UHGV virus genome: UHGV-1421865
Source: a virus
Reading direction: 5' to 3' (one strand)
DNA length: 64,000 nucleotides
The first letter of the stretch is position 1, and each line of letters starts with the position of its first letter. A model generated the notes under the pieces. It had not been told where the DNA came from, did no database searches, and saw nothing but the letters and a program-made list of their open reading frames with translations. Of the stretch, positions 45,664 to 54,769 are shown in pieces. The translations under genes and the position numbers were made by a program.

Positions 45664-46494
45664 TCATCGTTTGATATTCCACATCGGTACTTCTGAACCA
45701 CCTACAAGTACATCAATGTTAGCACCGTCCTTCTTTTCAATTACGTCCCATTGGCGAAGTTGGATAAACTGTGAAGGTGACAGATTCATTGCGTTCATAT
45801 AGGCCTTGTCGGCAATAGCACGGGCATTTTCTGCCTTGGCGCGGGCATTTTCCATCTCAACTCGTTTCTCTTGAGTCTGCTTGGCCTGGATAGCCGCGGC
45901 CGTCTTGTTCATCTCGTGGAGCTGCTCCGAATTCGGCATCACACGGTCGGTAACAACTTGATTGATTGTAATAGGGAACTCGCCTTGTTTCTTGGACAAT
46001 TCCTTAATATAATTGTCCATACTTGTCTTCAGCGTATTGTCGAACTTGGCAAGTACCTCACGGTTACTCATCAAATCAAAAGGAGAATAAGTCGATACCA
46101 ATTCACGGACCTTGTTGCGAAAATATGGCTCGATGAATGTATTATAATAGTCCGCTCCGTAATTCCTCAACAACTGCGGCGTATGCCCTTTCTTGATTTG
46201 ATAAACAAGATACATGTTCACATCCAAAGGGGTGTTGTCGTTACTGAGCAAGTCGTCGAACTTAAATTCCTTCTTTTGAGGTAGGATGTTAAACTTCACC
46301 GCCTGGGTCGTAGGTGCATACATTGTGAAATTATTAGCCGGCTCGTCGAGGACCTTTGTATCGCCGAAGAAAATAGGTCGTGCCTTAAAGGCTACTTCTT
46401 CGTCATATTCTGGGTTCGTACAACTTACTGTTACGAGGCTAAGTGCCGCTAGTGCCATCGCACCGACACTGAAAATAATTTGTTTGATGTTCAT
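45664..46494 (-). CDS. lipoprotein with C-terminal coiled coil (possible SPFH/band-7-like)
   Basis: Signal MNIKQIIFSVGAMALAALSLVTVSC; C-terminal QAKQTQEKRVEMENARAKAENARAIADKAY. Confidence 0.35.
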   Translation of the reverse strand: MNIKQIIFSVGAMALAALSLVTVSCTNPEYDEEVAFKARPIFFGDTKVLDEPANNFTMYAPTTQAVKFNILPQKKEFKFDDLLSNDNTPLDVNMYLVYQIKKGHTPQLLRNYGADYYNTFIEPYFRNKVRELVSTYSPFDLMSNREVLAKFDNTLKTSMDNYIKELSKKQGEFPITINQVVTDRVMPNSEQLHEMNKTAAAIQAKQTQEKRVEMENARAKAENARAIADKAYMNAMNLSPSQFIQLRQWDVIEKKDGANIDVLVGGSEVPMWNIKR

Positions 46495-46501
46495 TTTTGT
46501 T

Positions 46502-46717
46502 TTATTTATAAATTCTAATATAACCGTCTCCGTCACATCGCGAGCATTCTTCGTGGTACATATTATCGTCGGGATAGAGATAACCCAGTCCTAACGTAAT
46601 CACCGCTGCGAAATAATTTGTATGGTAACCTTTACCACCACACTTTGGACATTTTACAATTTTACTACTCATCTGTTTCTTTGAAATTACAAAATTTATA
46701 CGAATTAGCCATTTCAC
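46502..46717 (-). CDS. DnaJ-type zinc-finger small protein
   Basis: CPKCGGKG ... CSRCDGDG (CxxCxGxG twice). Confidence 0.4.
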   Translation of the reverse strand: MKWLIRINFVISKKQMSSKIVKCPKCGGKGYHTNYFAAVITLGLGYLYPDDNMYHEECSRCDGDGYIRIYK

Positions 46718-46910
46718 TCAATGTCATACAAGCAACTCTCAAACTATGGTGAGATCCACACAACATGACTTGTTCAAGCTTTTGAAGTTTATCAAAATGA
46801 TCAGGTTGTCCTTCTTGACCTTCCCAAATAATATCCTTCAACAACTTCTGGGCTTCTTCAATCAAATGCAAAGCATCGTCAACACGTTTAATACGTTCTT
46901 CTTTTTTCAT
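46665..46910 (-). CDS. hypothetical protein
   Basis: 81 aa ORF. Confidence 0.3.
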   Translation of the reverse strand: MKKEERIKRVDDALHLIEEAQKLLKDIIWEGQEGQPDHFDKLQKLEQVMLCGSHHSLRVACMTLSEMANSYKFCNFKETDE

Positions 46911-46920
46911 GCGATTTCAT

Positions 46921-47280
46921 TTACTTAAAACTATACTTTTCAAATACTGCTTCGATTTGTTGTCTGTCGAACTCGTTGATTCCGTCTTTAATTTTATTAT
47001 AGAATTCTACAGCACTAAGTGGTTTAGATTCTTTAGTGAATCGTGCAGATTCCCAGTCTACCACCATTGATACGTAATCTTTAGGTCCGTATTTGTACTC
47101 TAAATGGTGTGCACTATGTTTTCGATGAAATTTCTGTACTGTTTTGTCAGACAAAAAACACAGAAGAAACGGCTTCTCAATGTCATGAAACAAATGCCTG
47201 AATCCCCAACACTTATGATTCATTGCTGTCATATTAAACGCGCACCAGTGGCTGAACCACCATGTAAAATTTTCTTTCAT
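46921..47280 (-). CDS. hypothetical His-rich protein
   Basis: 119 aa ORF. Confidence 0.35.
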   Translation of the reverse strand: MKENFTWWFSHWCAFNMTAMNHKCWGFRHLFHDIEKPFLLCFLSDKTVQKFHRKHSAHHLEYKYGPKDYVSMVVDWESARFTKESKPLSAVEFYNKIKDGINEFDRQQIEAVFEKYSFK

Positions 47281-47312
47281 ATTTATATTATAGCATTATT
47301 CGCCCGTATAAA

Positions 47313-48029
47313 TCAGTAAGGCATCGTCGGAAATTGTTTATAAAATACTGTATAAACATCTAACTTCGTATTGTCAAATATGCCGTCCATTCTCTTGATA
47401 TTCGATATATCCCAATTTTCAAGACCCTTACCTCTAAACAGTATTGCACCTTCAAACATCCAACGCATGTCCACTACTTTTGATACATTCCATCTTGAGA
47501 TATTACCGTTAAATACCTTCGCTTTGTTGAACATCATGTACATGTACATTACATTACCGGTATCCCAATTTTCAACACAGATTCCAGTGAACGATACTGC
47601 GCTACAAAACATACGAGACATATTCGTCACATTACCGACGTCCCATTTTGAAAGATCACCGTTGAATGACATTGCATCCTCAAACATCTGACTCATGTTC
47701 CATACATTACCGACGTCCCAAGTTGAGATGTTACCAATAAACATGTCACAACCATGGAACATTCCACTCATGTCTTCAACATTCGAAGTGTCCCACTCGT
47801 CGATTTCGACATTTCTAACACCAAGCCCCTTGAACAACTCAGACATATCGGTGATCAACGACGTATCGATGAAATTAAGATCGGCATCCGGCCCTTCCCT
47901 CACCAGTTCACATATTATCAACTCACGTAGTTCAAGTTTCGATGTTGGTTGGGATCGCTGTAAAGATTTAGACTGTGATGTAATACGCAGTCTACTGGGT
48001 CTATTATGTATAGCCATGTCAAACAGCAC
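47313..48029 (-). CDS. DUF285-repeat protein (N-module type MAIHNRPSRLRITS)
   Basis: N-module plus about 8 repeats. Confidence 0.6.
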   Translation of the reverse strand: MLFDMAIHNRPSRLRITSQSKSLQRSQPTSKLELRELIICELVREGPDADLNFIDTSLITDMSELFKGLGVRNVEIDEWDTSNVEDMSGMFHGCDMFIGNISTWDVGNVWNMSQMFEDAMSFNGDLSKWDVGNVTNMSRMFCSAVSFTGICVENWDTGNVMYMYMMFNKAKVFNGNISRWNVSKVVDMRWMFEGAILFRGKGLENWDISNIKRMDGIFDNTKLDVYTVFYKQFPTMPY

Positions 48030-48516
48030 AGAACATAATAATTGTTTTCAAATCTTTTTCTTCAAGCCAATCTGCTAGCACATCAATGTATTCAGTTTGT
48101 ATAGATTTCAAGAACTTATCCAATGTCAGATTATCGTCCAAATCGTAGTAGTCGACAATACCTTCAAAGTCACGTTCGATAAGGGCCTTGAGTATAATAA
48201 AAAAGTCATTTGTTGTAGCGGGATCTGCATACAGTTTGTTAACTTGTTTTACTAGTTCTCCTTTACTATAACCGAAAAGCCGTTCGTTAAAAAACTGAGC
48301 ATCGTAAACCCCGTCGAGGATTCTATGATACAGTTTGATCATCGGGTGATCGTCGGTATAATCCGGAAAGGAATTACTCAACTTTCGTTCGATTTCACTG
48401 TCTGTTCTCTTAGAGTCGTTGAACCAGTCAATCGATTCTTCTGTCAGATACGTAAGAATATCGATGTCTGTTTCATTGAGACGAGAAAGGTTCTCTTTAA
48501 GTTTGTTGCGATTCAT
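48019..48516 (-). CDS. hypothetical protein
   Basis: 165 aa ORF. Confidence 0.4.
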   Translation of the reverse strand: MNRNKLKENLSRLNETDIDILTYLTEESIDWFNDSKRTDSEIERKLSNSFPDYTDDHPMIKLYHRILDGVYDAQFFNERLFGYSKGELVKQVNKLYADPATTNDFFIILKALIERDFEGIVDYYDLDDNLTLDKFLKSIQTEYIDVLADWLEEKDLKTIIMFCAV

Positions 48517-48539
48517 AATGTTTACTTTTGAGTTGTCTT

Positions 48540-48920
48540 CTAAATCATATTATAGTACTCTTTATAAGACGAATCTTCATCATTGGCATTTTCGTAATAT
48601 ATAAGACCGTAAAATCGATAATTGAAGATCTCTGTCAACGTACGATACCGTTTACACGGCTTTACTGTTTTCTTTTCTTTGTCGATTTCAAATACAAATA
48701 ATGTATTATCGATTTCTTTTAGTACAACTAAATGTGATTTTACCTGGTTCACATTCGCACACTTTTCCGTTCTTTTCTTATACTTGTCCTTTTCGTTTCG
48801 TAAGATACAAACACCGAGTACATCACCGTCCCGTGGGTACGGACACGTCAGTACAGTCGTCTTAGGAAAAAGAATGTAATCCTTATAGTTAATTTGAGTG
48901 TAGTCTGTATGTTGTGTCAT
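48540..48920 (-). CDS. hypothetical protein
   Basis: 126 aa ORF. Confidence 0.4.
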   Translation of the reverse strand: MTQHTDYTQINYKDYILFPKTTVLTCPYPRDGDVLGVCILRNEKDKYKKRTEKCANVNQVKSHLVVLKEIDNTLFVFEIDKEKKTVKPCKRYRTLTEIFNYRFYGLIYYENANDEDSSYKEYYNMI

Positions 48921-49087
48921 TGTCTACTTTGCTTAAACAAAATTATGTAGTCTGGAAAAGTAGGCCCGATGTCGTTTAGATAAGCCCACTCTTTATATTC
49001 CTTCTCAAGCACCTCTTTCAGTGTGTTTTCTAAATAACACCGTAGTTGGTTTAGATACGTCTTATTCATCACCACTTTGTTTTTATA

Positions 49088-49372
49088 TTAAAATTCTTCT
49101 ACCACTTCAACATCGCAATAGATTAAATCACCGGCTTCTGTCTCTACCTTGATTCTGTTTGTATCCTCAGTAATAATAAAAGCATCTTCGAGAAGGCCTC
49201 CGTCGGTATAGCCCCACTCATCCATCCACTTGTTAATGCAATCACAAATTGTTTTTCTTTGCATCTTACGAGCCTTTGTTTCATCACCGATTACCACACC
49301 ATGATGAGTGATGATAGGATCTTCAAAGGCAATGATTTCAACCAAGGTGATAAGATAAATCTTCTTGTCCAT
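49088..49372 (-). CDS. hypothetical protein
   Basis: 94 aa ORF. Confidence 0.35.
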   Translation of the reverse strand: MDKKIYLITLVEIIAFEDPIITHHGVVIGDETKARKMQRKTICDCINKWMDEWGYTDGGLLEDAFIITEDTNRIKVETEAGDLIYCDVEVVEEF

Positions 49373-49384
49373 AACGTCGAGAGT

Positions 49385-49849
49385 TTACCAAGGTAAGCTA
49401 CAATCTAATTCGGTAATTTCAACCCCATCATAGAGTATAGAGCTATAGCTACCTCCACCGTCATCTGAATCACAATAATGCGTCTTCGTAGCCAGTTTGT
49501 CTTGTACACGAGCGTCGATTACCGAATTGATTTGCTCTTCCAATTCCGAAACAAACAACTTACGGTTGTCAGAAAGGAGCGTCTTAATAAGGCCCTTAGA
49601 CCAGTTGTCGGTTTCTTTCTTGTACTCTTCGAGTGCTGCCAACTTAGTCGATTTCTCTTCTACTTCAGTCTTGCACGACTTCAAATCGCCTTCACACTTA
49701 GCCAATTGTTCTTCGAGCTTGATAACACGTTCAATCAGCTGGTCTTTCTTAAACTTCTTGTAAAATTCTTCGTTGGTCATTTTCTTGTTCTTTTTTTTAT
49801 TACAATACAAAGATAGCACTTTATTTTGAAGAAGACAAGTATTATACAT
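49385..49849 (-). CDS. coiled-coil hypothetical protein
   Basis: 154 aa; heptad-like LEEQLAKCEGDLKSCKTEVEEKSTKLAALEEYKKE; preceded by partial cassette at 49790..49870. Confidence 0.4.
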   Translation of the reverse strand: MYNTCLLQNKVLSLYCNKKKNKKMTNEEFYKKFKKDQLIERVIKLEEQLAKCEGDLKSCKTEVEEKSTKLAALEEYKKETDNWSKGLIKTLLSDNRKLFVSELEEQINSVIDARVQDKLATKTHYCDSDDGGGSYSSILYDGVEITELDCSLPW

Positions 49850-49870
49850 CTTTTAACGTCAGTATTAGTA
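49790..49870 (-). repeat. partial copy of conserved upstream cassette
   Basis: TTCAAAATAAAGTGCTATCTTTGTATTGTAAT plus TTTAACGTC motif. Confidence 0.45.
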
Positions 49871-49956
49871 TCTTTTAACGATATACATACATAAATCAAA
49901 AAAGTACCGTCTGTTATAATATATAATAACAAACGATACTTTGTAGTATCACTGAG

Positions 49957-50991
49957 TCACTGAGTAATCACAATAGCTACTCGATTAGACGTTTCATTTA
50001 AGGCACCGTAACCTACGACTTCCTTTACCGTAACACCTTGTGCTTTCAGGAATCGCGCAACAACCTCTGCACGGCGATATGAAAGCATATCATTGTGTTC
50101 CTTCTTACCTTCAGGGGAGGCATAGCCGTATACATTCACCGTACCTACGATGTTCTTCAATACGTTCTGTACCTCTTCAGTAAGGTCATAACTGTTCTTT
50201 GCGAAGAACACGACGTGCTCTGTCGTGGTTTGTACTGTCACGGTTTGTACCACTGTGTCTTTTACTGACAAGTCCTTTACCACCTCTCGTACTTGTACTT
50301 CCTGGTGACGTAGTTGTTCACGAAGACGTGCAATAGTCGACTCGTAGGTTTCAATGTTGTATTCCTTGAAATAATGCGTACCGTTGCTCGTCTTAAAATG
50401 ATAGGTATAACCCACCGTCAGTAGATACTGGCTCCCATGTCGGTTAAAAGCAAGCTGCGAGTAACGATTACCAGGCTCCGAAAGGTTCCAGAAAATCTCA
50501 GGACGGACATTGATAGTATGTTTCTTACTCTGCCCGAGATTAAAAGCGATGTCAAGACCGGTCTTCGCCCCCAAATAATTGTTGTACTTATCGCTTTGAT
50601 GAGGCGTATAGTTGTGGATCCACCCGGTACCGGCAACGGCGCTTACTTCGAAAGTACGCGGCTTGTTATTATAACCGCAGAATAGGTTATTGAGATTAAC
50701 AAGACCGTTAAGTCCCAAATACGACGTCTTCACTGTATTATCGCTCTTGTTAGTACTGAAGAAGGCGAGACCTTCGATTTCTGCACTATAAACAGGAGAG
50801 AATTGCTTGCCCACCCGTAGAGACAACACAGGACTATCGGGTGATACTGTATTTAGACCTTTGTCAGTGGCGACACCACCGTTAAGACCTACATAAACAT
50901 TATCAAAAGGCTTTGTAGTCTGGAGTGACGTCTGAGCGCTCGCACCGAGCATCGTCATCAAACCCAAAGCAAAAATAAACATTTTCTTCAT
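49957..50991 (-). CDS. OmpA-family outer membrane protein (signal peptide, beta-barrel, OmpA C-terminal domain)
   Basis: MKKMFIFALGLMTMLGASAQ signal; C-terminal FAKNSYDL...GYASPEGKKEHNDMLSYRRAEVVARFL peptidoglycan-binding motif. Confidence 0.7.
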   Translation of the reverse strand: MKKMFIFALGLMTMLGASAQTSLQTTKPFDNVYVGLNGGVATDKGLNTVSPDSPVLSLRVGKQFSPVYSAEIEGLAFFSTNKSDNTVKTSYLGLNGLVNLNNLFCGYNNKPRTFEVSAVAGTGWIHNYTPHQSDKYNNYLGAKTGLDIAFNLGQSKKHTINVRPEIFWNLSEPGNRYSQLAFNRHGSQYLLTVGYTYHFKTSNGTHYFKEYNIETYESTIARLREQLRHQEVQVREVVKDLSVKDTVVQTVTVQTTTEHVVFFAKNSYDLTEEVQNVLKNIVGTVNVYGYASPEGKKEHNDMLSYRRAEVVARFLKAQGVTVKEVVGYGALNETSNRVAIVITQ

Positions 50992-51125
50992 ATAATATAC
51001 TTTATTTCTAATCAATTTGTTTTGGTACACTTGTACAACATCTTGTTCAGTATAATCAATTATCACAACTTAAATCACTGTAGACTGTAAACCTATGATA
51101 AAGGTTGCACAATATATCTGAATGA

Positions 51126-51668
51126 TCACGAAATCATCATTGCCAAAGTTTTCTTACGTCGCTCTACATGTCCCGTAGACCGTACAGCATGCGACCGAAC
51201 TGCAGCGCAAACATATTTCATTTCTTTATCGTTACGGCAACGACTGAGCCGAGCATAGAATTTAGACCGACGGACAGAACCTTCGCCGCAGTTGAACAAC
51301 AGATCACCAAGACCGTCGATAAATTTCTGTGAGAACTTGTGAGTTTTATTCTTCAGTAGCTTATTGATCGTCATGTTCACAATTGCCATATCCTCCACAA
51401 AGTAGCGTTCTGCTTGTGCCTTAGAAATCACTTGTCCTGGTCGTACCGATTTACTATGGTGACCGTAACCGATAGACCAACCACCTGCATCGCGATACGC
51501 TTTCAACGACAGTCCTTCGTTGCGTTTAATGAACGATTCACCCTGTGCCGACACTTTGTATGTTGCATAGGTAGGTACTGTACTGACCACCAACAAGAGT
51601 ACTGTCAAAATAACTGTCCAAAAACTTTTAAGATTCATGTCAAATTGTTTGTTAATGGTGACTGACAC
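51126..51668 (-). CDS. T4-type (GH24) lysozyme with N-terminal hydrophobic segment
   Basis: ESFIKRNEGLSLKAYRDAGGWSIGYGH catalytic region; N-terminal TM-like WTVILTVLLLVVSTV. Confidence 0.75.
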   Translation of the reverse strand: MSVTINKQFDMNLKSFWTVILTVLLLVVSTVPTYATYKVSAQGESFIKRNEGLSLKAYRDAGGWSIGYGHHSKSVRPGQVISKAQAERYFVEDMAIVNMTINKLLKNKTHKFSQKFIDGLGDLLFNCGEGSVRRSKFYARLSRCRNDKEMKYVCAAVRSHAVRSTGHVERRKKTLAMMIS

Positions 51669-51714
51669 ATTACCATGCCAGCCACCATAGTTATAAACTA
51701 GGCTAAACTAGACC

Positions 51715-52764
51715 TTAGAAAGGCAAGTCGTCAAGATTAGGCTCGGTCGTCGGCTTAGCCTGTTCTGCATTCGCCGTCACCTCTGTACTACCGACCTGAG
51801 CTGTAGCCTGAACGGTGCCTGCAAGAGGATTACCACCGCTCATAACAACATCCAACCAACGTTGAACACGTTCCTTTTGGTTATCCGACCACTCATGGTA
51901 GCTCAATTCGTTGAGGTCGGGGACGATTTCCTTCATACGAGCCAGTACCGTGTTGTAGATCTGTTTCAGAGCCACCGTATTGGGGTCTGCATTGATCTCT
52001 GCCATCATCTCGGCACGCTTTTCGGGGTCTTTGAGCTTCCATACCGGCATCATTGCCTCGATGTACTTGTCGAGAACCGCTTGTTCGTCACCGGTGAGAA
52101 GAGGACTGCCGTCGACATTCGTGTTCGATACACATTCGTCGGAGATTTCACACATATAAGAGATTTCTCGTGTCTTACGCTCAGGAGCACTCTTGTCGTC
52201 GGGGCCGGGATTAACCTCAAGCTCGATAGAACGACCGAACAAGAAGTCCATCACAGGAATCGGTGTACGACCGCTTTCTTCGGAAGGCTTCATCTTCGCG
52301 TTCACCACGTCGAGAACCGACTTCGGGAGCTTCCAGAAGAGGTATTTACCGACTAGGTCAGGTTGGTTCTTGTCTTCGAGGACCTGAACGATGCACCAGC
52401 GAGCGAAACGCTTTTCGAAGTACTTCTCTTGTTCTTTGAGCATATCCCCTTCCTTTGCATAGTGGCATTTCTTCCATGCAGTGAAGATAGGACAGCTGCG
52501 ATCGTTTACGGTGAGTGAAGATACCACCGAGAAGAAACCGTCGGTATCTTGCATCGCATAGTTTTGCTGCTCGAGAATCGAGTTCTTGAGGTCGAACGGA
52601 TTGTACACCATCTTAATGGTTGCACGGTACACACCGTCCTTACTTACGCTCTCTGAAGGACGAGTACGATAGATCTTCGAATCAGCGTACGATTGCTGGT
52701 CGTTTTCCGAAAAGGCCGTGAGGTCCGACGGATTGAAGTTAAGCGGATCAAAATTTTCTGTCAT
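51715..52764 (-). CDS. gp32-like single-stranded DNA-binding protein
   Basis: Cys/His cluster (C..C.H), GKYLFWKLPKSV resembles T4 gp32 core, acidic C-terminus ending LDDLPF. Confidence 0.55.
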   Translation of the reverse strand: MTENFDPLNFNPSDLTAFSENDQQSYADSKIYRTRPSESVSKDGVYRATIKMVYNPFDLKNSILEQQNYAMQDTDGFFSVVSSLTVNDRSCPIFTAWKKCHYAKEGDMLKEQEKYFEKRFARWCIVQVLEDKNQPDLVGKYLFWKLPKSVLDVVNAKMKPSEESGRTPIPVMDFLFGRSIELEVNPGPDDKSAPERKTREISYMCEISDECVSNTNVDGSPLLTGDEQAVLDKYIEAMMPVWKLKDPEKRAEMMAEINADPNTVALKQIYNTVLARMKEIVPDLNELSYHEWSDNQKERVQRWLDVVMSGGNPLAGTVQATAQVGSTEVTANAEQAKPTTEPNLDDLPF

Positions 52765-52886
52765 AATACTGTTAAGTTAATTACTGTTAAAAATTGTCAA
52801 ATTGGTGTGTGTACCCCCTGTCACACCGTCTTGTTAGGTTATATTAAATAAGTCTGTATTAGGGTACGTATACAGACGCTGTACAG

Positions 52887-53063
52887 TCACTGTCTGATGA
52901 CGGTCAACCAGTTGCTATGAATGCGATCTTCTGGGACATGTTGTCCGTCTTCAAATTCGAAATAACCACCTCTGTAGTAGGCCATTCCCCAGTCGACACC
53001 GTCGGCACTCATACGAACCAGGCTGTCACCTTTGATTTCGACGTTGTTTTTATCGTACATCAT
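52887..53063 (-). CDS. possible small protein (58 aa, manually found)
   Basis: MMYDKNNVEIKGDSLVRMSADGVDWGMAYYRGGYFEFEDGQHVPEDRIHSNWLTVIRQ; ATGA overlap with upstream stop. Confidence 0.3.
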   Translation of the reverse strand: MMYDKNNVEIKGDSLVRMSADGVDWGMAYYRGGYFEFEDGQHVPEDRIHSNWLTVIRQ

Positions 53064-53341
53064 TCTTCGTTTACACGGTTAAGGACGTCCGTAAATGTAT
53101 CTTCCAAGATTTCAGTCATATCCTCAAGATACCGAAGCGCCGGTTTATCGTCGGTGTACAAATCGGGGTGGTTGGTAAGCATACCGTTAGCCACGTCGAT
53201 CAAGAACCGTTGAACTTTGATAACGAGTTCAAATTCGTCCTCTGTCATCACGTCATTGTAAATTCGGACAGTATTGTTAACAACATTGATAACGGTCTGC
53301 ATGTTGTCAAGGCACTGGTCATATTCTTTAATTCCAAACAT
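53060..53341 (-). CDS. hypothetical protein
   Basis: 93 aa ORF. Confidence 0.4.
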   Translation of the reverse strand: MFGIKEYDQCLDNMQTVINVVNNTVRIYNDVMTEDEFELVIKVQRFLIDVANGMLTNHPDLYTDDKPALRYLEDMTEILEDTFTDVLNRVNEE

Positions 53342-53363
53342 AGTCTTTTATTGTTTTGATTGT

Positions 53364-53603
53364 TTATACATGTGACGTTACGTACTGGTCACGGAGCTTT
53401 TCGAGTTGCGTCAAGGCCTCACTTACTGTGATGGTATCGTCCAAAGCGATAGCCGGAAAGTCGTCGAATGTGACGTACAGCTTACCCTTATTGTCCGAAA
53501 TGTAGATTCTATGCTTAGCGTCGTGACGTACTCTTTTAAGTAGTTTCTCTTTAGAACGGTCGTCCCGAAGAGTAAACCAGTCTTTAATTGCTTTGATAAT
53601 CAT
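53364..53603 (-). CDS. hypothetical protein
   Basis: 79 aa ORF; upstream direct repeats. Confidence 0.35.
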   Translation of the reverse strand: MIIKAIKDWFTLRDDRSKEKLLKRVRHDAKHRIYISDNKGKLYVTFDDFPAIALDDTITVSEALTQLEKLRDQYVTSHV

Positions 53604-53625
53604 TGTTGTTGTTGTGAACTAACTA

Positions 53626-53747
53626 ACTTACATATATAATATAGACTGTTATGGTAACAAAATCAGTCTACACCAGTAGTAAAATCAGTGAGTTGTTTGT
53701 TGCTTACATATATAATATAGCGGACTTTGTGAGATAAATCAGTACAA
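53626..53747. repeat. two direct repeats of about 45 bp (CTTACATATATAATATAG...AAATCAGT) in upstream region
   Basis: Copies at about 53626 and about 53702; related to TATAGCGAACTTTGTGAGCAAAATCAGTGCA at 7020. Confidence 0.5.
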
Positions 53748-53753
53748 CTGAGA

Positions 53754-54116
53754 TCAAAATGTCAACGACGCTGTACTTTTGTATCTTAGAAAGTCCTCCG
53801 ACGATACTGTGCATTCACGAACAAGACCTTGTACTACGCAATTATAGTTATAAATAAGGTGGAAATAATAAGACTTACCGTTCGTTATATGAATGAACCA
53901 TGTGTTTTTGTTGAAATGATAAATGAATTCTACCGGACCTTCATTGATATTGTTTATATACAAGTCGTGAACAGCATCGGGGCGAAGATCTACCCAACTA
54001 TAATTAGAGGCTTTCTTTATAATGTACGAAAATTCCTCGGCGTGCTTGTTCATTCTCTCGACTGTGAAGTAAATACCCAGTACTATTAGTAGTATAATTA
54101 CTATAAGACCTGTCAT
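53754..54116 (-). CDS. membrane protein (N-terminal TM)
   Basis: MTGLIVIILLIVLGIYFTV. Confidence 0.4.
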   Translation of the reverse strand: MTGLIVIILLIVLGIYFTVERMNKHAEEFSYIIKKASNYSWVDLRPDAVHDLYINNINEGPVEFIYHFNKNTWFIHITNGKSYYFHLIYNYNCVVQGLVRECTVSSEDFLRYKSTASLTF

Positions 54117-54129
54117 GATGTTATGTTGT

Positions 54130-54639
54130 TTATATACCTGCCGGTTTTAACGGACGTGTCATTTTTCTACATTTATAGAACATGTCATCTGATATAATCA
54201 AATTAGGCATTTTCCAATTAGATAGATCTGATTTGAATATCGTACAATGTGAAAACATGCCTATTGTATCTATTACACTCTCAGGTCGCCACGACGACAG
54301 ATCAGAATTAAATAAATTACAATCGTAAAACATGTGAGACATAGATTCTACGTTTGAAACGTCCCAACCAGACAGATCACAGTTGAATGCAGCATGTTCA
54401 AAAAACATACTCGTCATGTTCTTCACATTGCTGGTGTTCCACTGGTCGATTTTGATGTTGTGAATAATTAAATATGCAAATAAGTTAGACATGTCTGTGA
54501 TGAGAGACGTGTCGATAAAATTTAGATCTGCATCTGGGCCTTGTTTACTCAATTCGCTAAATACCAAAGATCTAAGTTCGTCTTTTGTTGTGGGTCTTAA
54601 TGTTAATGATTTCGAATTTGATGTGATGTGTATACTCAT
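54130..54639 (-). CDS. DUF285-repeat protein
   Basis: MSIHITSNSKSLTLRPTTKDELRSLVFSELSKQGPDADLNFIDTSLITDMS plus about 5 repeats. Confidence 0.6.
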   Translation of the reverse strand: MSIHITSNSKSLTLRPTTKDELRSLVFSELSKQGPDADLNFIDTSLITDMSNLFAYLIIHNIKIDQWNTSNVKNMTSMFFEHAAFNCDLSGWDVSNVESMSHMFYDCNLFNSDLSSWRPESVIDTIGMFSHCTIFKSDLSNWKMPNLIISDDMFYKCRKMTRPLKPAGI

Positions 54640-54769
54640 TTTACTTTGATATTAGGTATTTTATCATGCGTTTTGAACTACACGTTATTATAATAACTAA
54701 GTATAATAAAAGTGACTTCGATGTTTCCATCAAAGCCACCAAATAATCCACAATTTACACCGTGTATTA

